NCBI GenBank assembly: GCA_005222975.1
Contig: NJBI01000004.1
Location: 32,742 to 96,741, forward strand
Direction: 5' to 3'
Source: Promethearchaeota archaeon Loki_b31
GTDB lineage: Archaea > Asgardarchaeota > Lokiarchaeia > Sigyniarchaeales > SOKP01
Length of the DNA: 64,000 nucleotides
Part shown: positions 27,710-35,800 of the stretch, piece after piece
Numbering within the stretch: position 1 is the stretch's first letter
Layout: each line of letters opens with the position of its first letter
Position numbers and translations under genes: made by a program
Notes under the pieces: generated by a model
Databases searched by the model: none
Told to the model about the DNA's origin: nothing
What the model saw: only the letters and a program-made list of their open reading frames with translations

Positions 27710-28816
27710 TTACAGATGTATTAATAATCTGAATTTTATTTCTTGATCTTGCTTTAGCATTTTTTCTGAAAAGTCGGACCTCATAACTTTTAGAGTTTCG
27801 AGAATCTTTTTATCGAAAATATCATGGGCAACCATTTCCATTAAATCATTTAATAATTCGTGTATAATTGTGCTATTATAATCTCGAGTGTTCCTCCTAA
27901 AATCTTCAAGAGCCGCATCTAATAATTTTAAAGGATTATGGCTGCGATCCCGACGGTCTCTAAAAGACATCACCTCATCAAACTCATGAACTATTCTTTC
28001 TAAGCGATCCCTATAATGAAATGAATGAGGATGAAAATCTAATGTAACTCTTAGGATGGGAAAGCGGTCTGTCATATTTCTGAAGTTATGTTCTATTTCT
28101 CTTAAACCATCAAAGAATCGTCGGGAAACGTCTTGAAGTCTAGGCAACCGAAATGTGATAACTTTTCGTATGAAATTAGCCATTAACTCCTTTTGTTCAA
28201 TAATTTTTAATTTGGAAGGCTCTTTCTTTAGCTCCCTCATAATTGTTCTCTGAACGTCGCCGGGATAGTTCTGGATATGTTCTGCCACTATTTCTTGCTT
28301 ATCTTTCGGTAAATCAGGAACTTGAACAAGCGTCCTCACTGGTAGTTTTATCCTGCCCTGCTCAATCTTTTTCTGAACAGAATCCTCTATTTTTAACATT
28401 TTCAGATAATTTCTTACCGTCTGGATAGACTTTGCTACTTTTGCCGCAACACGTGAAACATCTTCTCCAAGAAGTTTATAAAGTATTCTAAATGACCGCG
28501 CTTTATCCAATGGAGTTAAGCCAACTTTATGAATATCTTCCTGAAGAGATATTGCTAAAGCATCCAGATCGTCAACCTCTTCCAAGATTTTTGCTGGAAT
28601 TATCTTTCGTCTTAATGATTTAAAGGCCAATAGCCTCCTCTGACCTATGATTAACTCATAAAGTTTTTTACATTTTTTAAAAACAACAATATTTTGGAAC
28701 AAACCATATTTCTTAATACTGTTTGCCAAACCCTCTATATCCAAATCGTCCAAATTTTTTCTGCAATTAAATTCAGAAACAAAAACATGGTCTACTCTTA
28801 TATTTTTAACTTTCAT
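27710..28816 (-). CDS. ParB/Srx-like N-terminal domain protein with HTH
   Basis: LANSIKKYGLFQNIVVFKK..YELIIGQRRLLAFKSL matches ParB box I/II, with GQRR in place of GERR. An HTH lies at SRVAAKVAKSIQTVRNYLKML. The C-terminal 150 aa are unassignable. No ParA gene is nearby. Confidence 0.75.
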   Translation of the reverse strand: MKVKNIRVDHVFVSEFNCRKNLDDLDIEGLANSIKKYGLFQNIVVFKKCKKLYELIIGQRRLLAFKSLRRKIIPAKILEEVDDLDALAISLQEDIHKVGLTPLDKARSFRILYKLLGEDVSRVAAKVAKSIQTVRNYLKMLKIEDSVQKKIEQGRIKLPVRTLVQVPDLPKDKQEIVAEHIQNYPGDVQRTIMRELKKEPSKLKIIEQKELMANFIRKVITFRLPRLQDVSRRFFDGLREIEHNFRNMTDRFPILRVTLDFHPHSFHYRDRLERIVHEFDEVMSFRDRRDRSHNPLKLLDAALEDFRRNTRDYNSTIIHELLNDLMEMVAHDIFDKKILETLKVMRSDFSEKMLKQDQEIKFRLLIHL

Positions 28817-29290
28817 AATTCAAAATCACGTCAATAAGTTAGTTTTAATAATTTTATTAAGCCGGAAATTGATTAAATCTAAAATATTAAACTGAATGAG
28901 CCTAAGATAATTAGAAATAATAAACAAGAGGATTATGGGGGATATCCTAATACCAACTAATCCTTTTACCTCAAATTTCAGACCTTCATGTCGATTCTCC
29001 GACATTGTCTAAGGATCATGAAAATCAAGATGAGGAACAATAATCAAGCAATGTTGTCTGAGCAATAATGAGAATCGAAGGTAACGATAAATATTAGTTT
29101 TAGAGTGATACAAATATACTAAATCACATATATAAATTTATCGAGTTTTGCTAAAAATTTGAATAATTATAAAAGGGGTAATTTTTTTGGTAATACATAT
29201 GATAAAAATCATATTGGAAAATTTGTGTTTCAATATTATATCAATGTATATTTTTATAGTTCTTTATTTATAGTAAGTTGTGAATAATAT

Positions 29291-30112
29291 ATGGTTATTT
29301 GTCCTCGAATTAATAGAGATTGTCCAAATAGGTGTAGCACTATTATGGATACAAATGCCTTAATCCATTATATGCAATATCTTTCTGAAACTAAATATAG
29401 CCGGGAGAATTATCCCTCAGAACAAGAATTTAGAAGAAGGCATTACCATGATATACTGAATGATTTCAGGAATGTTTTTGCGGGTATAAAAGCAGATTGC
29501 TCTTTCGGAAGATTTTTTGCTTCAAATTTAGGTATTGACAAGGAGTACAAGGGAACATTTCTCGATAAGGTTAGGTTTTTAAACAATTTGTGTGCATCAT
29601 ATCAGCGAAATTTTTTGGATATTTTATTAAATGGAATAAACAGCCATAATGTTGACCGTGATGCTTTAAGAGACCTGAAAATTAAAGCGGATAATTTTAC
29701 TAGGAATCCTAATAGACGATTGTCAGAAATTGATTATCGAGATTTATCTTTTTTACTGGGAGCACTAGAAGAAATCAACCTTCATCACAATTATAAATAT
29801 TTAATTGTAACAGGTGATGACAGTTTTCGTAAATTTGTTGCTCATGTCAAAGCCCAACGACAAATATCCTTAGCAGGTCAAGTTTACCTGACCAGAAATG
29901 TAAATGGGATTATGCTTTTAACACACTTAACGCACCTATATAAATGCTGTCATTATGATGACCTAAGAGAATTTAGAAGATTTATGTTAAAGAAAGTGAC
30001 TGAAGACAAACCAAAAAGAGTTAAGATTAGAAAAAGAATAAAATATGAAGATTGGATTTTTGATGTATTTGAACCTGCGATAGCTGAAAAAACTAGCTTA
30101 GGTGTATGTTAA
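29291..30112 (+). CDS. hypothetical protein, PIN-like nuclease fold suspected
   Basis: IMDTNALIHY near the N-terminus resembles PIN strand 1 (DTN). EIDYRDLSFLLGALEE and YLIVTGDDSFRKF resemble the later acidic PIN motifs. The spacing is longer than in a minimal PIN domain. Confidence 0.55.
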   Translation: MVICPRINRDCPNRCSTIMDTNALIHYMQYLSETKYSRENYPSEQEFRRRHYHDILNDFRNVFAGIKADCSFGRFFASNLGIDKEYKGTFLDKVRFLNNLCASYQRNFLDILLNGINSHNVDRDALRDLKIKADNFTRNPNRRLSEIDYRDLSFLLGALEEINLHHNYKYLIVTGDDSFRKFVAHVKAQRQISLAGQVYLTRNVNGIMLLTHLTHLYKCCHYDDLREFRRFMLKKVTEDKPKRVKIRKRIKYEDWIFDVFEPAIAEKTSLGVC

Positions 30113-30863
30113 AATGAGTGAGGACCCAGATAAATATCCCGAAGACCTCATGAAAATTGAAAGTACTTTCTCAGATGATTATGACAGAATGAACTTATTT
30201 CTAGAATTTTTTGAGAGAATTAAAGAGCTATTATTCAGTCGACCAGAAATCAGCATAAGAGAAATCGATTTTTTAAAAAATAAACCTGAGACTACAGAAA
30301 TTTTACCATTTACATATATTATTGAGATAAATCAAAAGGAATATCTGTTAATATTTAATGATAATTCTGAGCCAACCATAAATGAGATGGAGCTTAAAGA
30401 TTATCAGAGTTTATTTACTAATAGTAAAGGGCAAGATGGAATCATTATAATTTGGAACGATGATTCTTTATCATCTTTTAAATTGTATAAAAATACAATT
30501 TATTCTGACCTTCAAGAGATTCTAAAATACTTTGAAGTCGGAACCTTCGCTAAATTATTAGATGACGAAATAAATTTTCGACACCGATTTATAGATCTGA
30601 TAGAAAAGCAAATTAAAAAAATTTCGAAATCCCAAGCGCCAGATCCAGCAGAACAATTTAGTTCATATCTTACTGATACCTTTGAAAATTTTAAATCAAA
30701 GCGATTTCATAAAGATAAAAAAAAACAAATGCTTAAACTCAATCATTATGAAATAAATCCCTTTATTAGATTATTTTCAGATTTTATCTTAGAAAATATC
30801 GATATGGAAGAATTTGACAAGAATTTTAATGATATAATTAGTAGGGGAAATTCAAATGATTAA
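30102..30863 (+). CDS. hypothetical protein (middle gene of three-gene operon)
   Basis: The 253-aa ORF overlaps the upstream stop; an alternative ATG at 30114 lies 1 nt after that stop. Its own stop overlaps the downstream ATG. No recognisable family. Confidence 0.6.
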   Translation: MYVKMSEDPDKYPEDLMKIESTFSDDYDRMNLFLEFFERIKELLFSRPEISIREIDFLKNKPETTEILPFTYIIEINQKEYLLIFNDNSEPTINEMELKDYQSLFTNSKGQDGIIIIWNDDSLSSFKLYKNTIYSDLQEILKYFEVGTFAKLLDDEINFRHRFIDLIEKQIKKISKSQAPDPAEQFSSYLTDTFENFKSKRFHKDKKKQMLKLNHYEINPFIRLFSDFILENIDMEEFDKNFNDIISRGNSND

Positions 30864-32850
30864 AAAAATATCGATAAAAGAGTGGAAATGCCATAAAGAA
30901 TTAAATTTGGAATTTAAAAAGGGAGTTAATTTCATTATTGGATTTAATGGTATTGGGAAAACATCTACTCTAGAGGCTATTATTTATGGTTTAATTGGAA
31001 GAGTTAGAAATAGAAAAGAAGAAGAATTAAGAAGGATAGGGAGTGCTGATGATACAGAGGTAATTTTAGAGTTTGAGCATTTAGAGGAGGAATATGAAAT
31101 TACTCGGCGCTTTAATGGAAAACCGACACATAAATTAGTCAAGCAATACACGGAGGAAATACTTGAGGACGAGGAGGAGATCTTAGAACTTATACTTAAA
31201 CTTTTTAAAGCAAATCGGTCATTTTTAGAAAATATTTTATATTCTCCTGAAGGAGAATCCTATAGCTTTTTAAAGTTGGATAAAAGAAATCTAATTGATT
31301 ATTTAGAGAAAATGGTCGGAATCGGAAAAATTAATGAATTTTATAGATATGTGACAAATTTAAAAACTGATTTTGAGAAAAAGAAAAGAGAGACTAAAAC
31401 TTATATTGAAAAGTTAGAAAAGATAGAAGAACCAGAGGATTTAAGAAAAAAAGTCGATTTGCAGAGAGAAAAAAACATGGTTCTTCAAAATATTGAAAAT
31501 GTAGATGATGAAATTCTCAAAAAAGAAAAGGAGAGATCAGAATTAGCTGAGAAATATGAGAAAGATTACAGGGACCATTATACTTTTAATAAAGAATTAG
31601 AAAAACTCGAAAATATGTATAACCAGAATAAAGATTTATTTTTAGAGATGAACTTTCGAGAATTTAATCTACAAGAATTTTTATTGAGAGTAGAGAATAT
31701 TAATGAATTGATTGAACAACAACATAAGAATGTGCGTAAATATCGAGATGAGATAAGTAAAATACAACAAAAAATTGCGGAAAATAACGTTAAAACTGAA
31801 GAGAAAAAGAATATCCAAGATATAATGGATAAACTAGAACATAACCTCCTTAATGTTCCTAAAGTGGACTGCCCTATATGTAAAAAGCCGTTTACAAAAT
31901 CGGAATTCTTAGAAGTCCATAAAGATATATACAAAGACATCGAGGATTTACGAAGAGAAACTTCTCAGATCGATGAGGAGTTAAAAGATTTAAAAAAAAA
32001 AGAAATAAGTTTAAGAGAATCAGAACAATTGTTAAGAGATTTTCTAAGTTTAATAGAATCTCTGGGGAGGTTTGATCCGAGTAAAATACAAGAGATGACT
32101 GAACAGAAATCTGAGTATGAAGAGATAAAAGAAAAGATTGAATCTGAATTAAGGCAATCAAAAGATAAGAGAAAAAAGTATGAAAGTCGGGAAAGAGAAA
32201 TTCAGAAAAAAATAAGTGAAATAAAAGCTGCTGAAAAAGTAAGAGGTGCTCTAGAATATGAGAAAGAATACCAGAAAAATATAAAAGGGGGTTTAATTTG
32301 TGAATTAATCGAGGAAGTAACTAAAAAAGTTCTGGATAAACAAAGAAATGTTAGCCTAAACGAAATTAAAGATGAGATCCAGAACATTTGGCAAATAATT
32401 TTTCCCTCAGAGAATAGACGATTATTCTTTACTGATGATTACCTACCATATTTTGAAAAAAATGGAGAAAATATCTCCTATAAAAATGCCAGCGGAGGAG
32501 AAAAAATGATCTTATTAGTTCTTATAAAGACTGTGCTTGCTAAAAAATATACAGACCTTCCTTTCTTATTCTTTGATGAACCATTAGAGCACTTGAATTT
32601 TGAAAACCGAATTAACCTTATTGATTATTTAACAGACATTTGTGAAAAAGGACTAATCAGCCAATTAATTATAACTACATTTGAAGAATCTCTTACAAGA
32701 AAATTTAGGAATTCAGATGAAGTTAATATAATTTCATTGTCTGAAGTGTTAAAATACGACTATGATCTTAGTACAAAGGATTCTAATAAGAAAACAAGAG
32801 CAGATGTGATAGAACTGGATGAGGAAAAAGATCCCAATAAAGAACATTAA
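30856..32850 (+). CDS. Rad50/SbcC/SMC-like ABC ATPase with coiled coil and central CxxC zinc hook
   Basis: Walker A GFNGIGKTS (aa 29-37). A heptad-rich Glu/Lys coiled coil spans about aa 170-500, with CPIC at aa 339-342 (31870-31881) near its midpoint. Signature ASGGEK and Walker B/D-loop LFFDEPLEHLN are present. The H-loop position reads QLIITTFEE, so the His appears to be missing. Confidence 0.8.
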   Translation: MIKKISIKEWKCHKELNLEFKKGVNFIIGFNGIGKTSTLEAIIYGLIGRVRNRKEEELRRIGSADDTEVILEFEHLEEEYEITRRFNGKPTHKLVKQYTEEILEDEEEILELILKLFKANRSFLENILYSPEGESYSFLKLDKRNLIDYLEKMVGIGKINEFYRYVTNLKTDFEKKKRETKTYIEKLEKIEEPEDLRKKVDLQREKNMVLQNIENVDDEILKKEKERSELAEKYEKDYRDHYTFNKELEKLENMYNQNKDLFLEMNFREFNLQEFLLRVENINELIEQQHKNVRKYRDEISKIQQKIAENNVKTEEKKNIQDIMDKLEHNLLNVPKVDCPICKKPFTKSEFLEVHKDIYKDIEDLRRETSQIDEELKDLKKKEISLRESEQLLRDFLSLIESLGRFDPSKIQEMTEQKSEYEEIKEKIESELRQSKDKRKKYESREREIQKKISEIKAAEKVRGALEYEKEYQKNIKGGLICELIEEVTKKVLDKQRNVSLNEIKDEIQNIWQIIFPSENRRLFFTDDYLPYFEKNGENISYKNASGGEKMILLVLIKTVLAKKYTDLPFLFFDEPLEHLNFENRINLIDYLTDICEKGLISQLIITTFEESLTRKFRNSDEVNIISLSEVLKYDYDLSTKDSNKKTRADVIELDEEKDPNKEH

Positions 32851-35800
32851 CATCCACCAACATAATTTTTATGCTATATTATTATTCCAAGAGTCATTAT
32901 TTAGGGGATCGAGAATCGAGAATTTCCCTAACGGAGATTATGATTCAATTTCTTTACTCTTTGAAATATTAGGAGGAAAAATAAAGTCAACTTATAAAGC
33001 AGCTTTAAATGGGTTTGCAGGCAGAATCGGTTATAATCCTTTAAATGAATTTTGCGATTTACTCATGCAAAATGACATACCGTTCTTCATCCAGGAAGAT
33101 ATGGTTTATGAAGCGCAACTATATTACGCGGGTCGAAATATGAATCTTAGACCCTATGTGTGGAACACTCTTTCTTATGATGGAGATGAATATAGTTCAA
33201 TTGCAATTATTGATACTGGCATTGATGATTCACATAGCTTCTTTACTCCGGGTTATTCAGATGCAGATTTTAATTACAAAATTGTTGGTTGGAGAGATGA
33301 AGTAAACGGATTACCTAGTCCTTATGATGACAATGGTCATGGTTCCCATTGTTCCGGAATCTCAACAGGAGAGGGTGGTCCCAATTATGACGGAACTGGG
33401 CGAACTGTTGCTACTGCTGGGTATGAGTTTGATTATACTGGCTATAATGTACCAGAACAATCAATTCTATTTAATTGGGCAAGATTTAATGTTACTGATC
33501 CTGGTTTGATAGAACTTTTCTGCGAATTTGATGATTTTACACCTGGTCTTGATGATGTTGATTTTTGGGCTTATCTTTATTATGGAGAAACTATAGTAGA
33601 TTCGTATGAAGTAAATACCGACTCTTGGTCTCAAACTCTTTCGTACACAGCAACAAGTAGCTCTCTTGGACTCTATTCTTTCAGATTTTTTATGTTTCTT
33701 ATAGATAATACTGCTGACGGTTATGTAAGTGATTTCAATATTAGATTTAGAAGTGAAATGCATTGGCCTTTTAGCCCTAATCTTTTTGGAAGCGGAGATG
33801 CATGGAAAGGAGTAGCTCCTTATGCACATTTAGTAGGAGTTAAAGTACTTGATGAACATGGTAGTGGGTGGAGTTCAGATATAATTAATGGAATAAATTG
33901 GGTAATAACAAACAAGAATGTTTATAACATTACTACTATGTCTTTAAGTCTTGGTGGTGGAGCAGGTGATACAGCATTTATTAGTGCCGTAAATAATGCC
34001 GTCGAAAATGGAATTGTTACGGTTGTTTCAGCCGGAAATGATGGTCCAGGAGGAAATTTTATCGGATCTCCTGGAGATGCCGATAACGTAATAACTGTGG
34101 CAGCAATGAATATCTATGACGAAACAACTGATTATAGTAGTCAAGGTGGATTATCATATACGGGCAATACTGTTAAACCTGATATAACTGCTCCCGGTGG
34201 AAGTCTCTACAATGTGCAGATGTTTTCTACTGATACTAACGATAACGATGCTGAAGGAGGATATCCAACTGATGGATATGCAAATGATATGGACGGTATG
34301 CAAGGAACTTCAATGTCTGCTCCGGCTGTTGCAGGAGCCGCAAATTTATTAATTGAAGCTATGGGTGGCCATCAAAGTTGGGGTTATACTGGTACAGAAG
34401 CCAAACGAGTAAAAGCATTATTATTAATGTCAGCTACCGAAACCTATCCATTATTAAGAGAAACGTATGGTGGCACATACTCTCCGGAGTTAAATCGTGG
34501 TGGAAAAGATGTTCATGAAGGGTACGGAAGACTTAATGTTGATATAGCAATAGAGGCATATACCCAAGAATTAACTCTAGGTTCCACACAAAGTGCTTGG
34601 ATCGCAAGTAGTTTTGATAATCCGTTTAGCAAGCATGGACTCGGTTGTTACATAAACCTTAATGTTGGAGAAAGTTACACTTTTACCTTGGATGTTCCAG
34701 TTGGGGCAGATTTCGATTTACATCTATACTCAAATAATCCTTCTTCAATAGGGGAACCTATTATGGTCGCTTCAAGTACTTCCAGTGGCTTAGGAACGGA
34801 CGAAATAATATCTTATACAGCAACAGAAACAGGAAAGTATTATTTAGTCGCTAAAGCCATTTCTGGCGAAGGAAGCGCAATTATAGAATATCCAATTATG
34901 GATCATGAGTTGAGTGTGTCATTAGAAGTTCCAACTAATCCAGATATTTATCAGCCTTACATCATAAATGCGACAGTAACTAATACTGGCAGTAACGTTG
35001 AAACAAATGTTGATTTGTTTCTATATCTTGATAGTGTGCTTGTTAATTCAACAACGATTTCAACACTTCCAGTTGGTGCGAGTGATACTATTAATTTTCC
35101 ATGGATTCCAACTGAATTTAGAACCTATAATTTCACTGCTTATGCTCCACCTGTACCTGGTGAGCCATTTATTGATAATAATATCGCAACTAAGTTAATA
35201 ACAATTGACTATCTTGAAAATTATATTATGACGATAGATTATGGATATAATTGGATCGAAGCTTCAGGTGGGACAGAACTTTTCTTAAGTGATGATGGTT
35301 ATGCTACAATAGCATTACCATTTAGTTTTTCATTCTATGGTGTAGCTTACTCAACAATTTATTTAGGTGCCAATGGATATCTTAGTTTCACTGATTCAAC
35401 TCCTAGTGATTATTCTAACGATCCAATTCCTTCAGGAGATTTAGATCATTATTACTTAATTGCACCATTTTGGGATGATCTATACCCACCCGCTGCTACA
35501 TCACATGTCTATGTACAATCATTTGGAAGCTATTGGGTTGCAGAATGGCTAGATATAAATCATTATAATGGAGGTCTAGTTGGATCCTTTGAGGTAATAT
35601 TAAATGAGACAGGGGAAATTTTCTTCAATTATGACTATATAAGCTATACAGGTGGTGGATATACATGCGGGTTAAATTTAGGCGTAGATACAGATTATTA
35701 TAATTCATATCAAGGCTTAAACGATTTAACTGATGATTTTTCAATATTATTTACATATGAGTCATTTGATCATGATTTAAGCGTTTCTTTAGATACTCCT

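Noticed and set aside
30856-32850. Annotating the ATPase as canonical archaeal Rad50
   Set aside because: It is about 200 aa shorter than typical archaeal Rad50. It has no adjacent Mre11, HerA or NurA gene, and the H-loop His appears substituted. It is co-operonic with unrelated genes in an island context, so I call it Rad50/SMC-like only.
25652-32850. Calling the island a defined mobile element (provirus, transposon or integrative element)
   Set aside because: I saw no integrase, transposase, capsid or terminase-like gene, terminal inverted repeats, flanking direct repeats or tRNA target. Only the truncated flanking genes argue for insertion.
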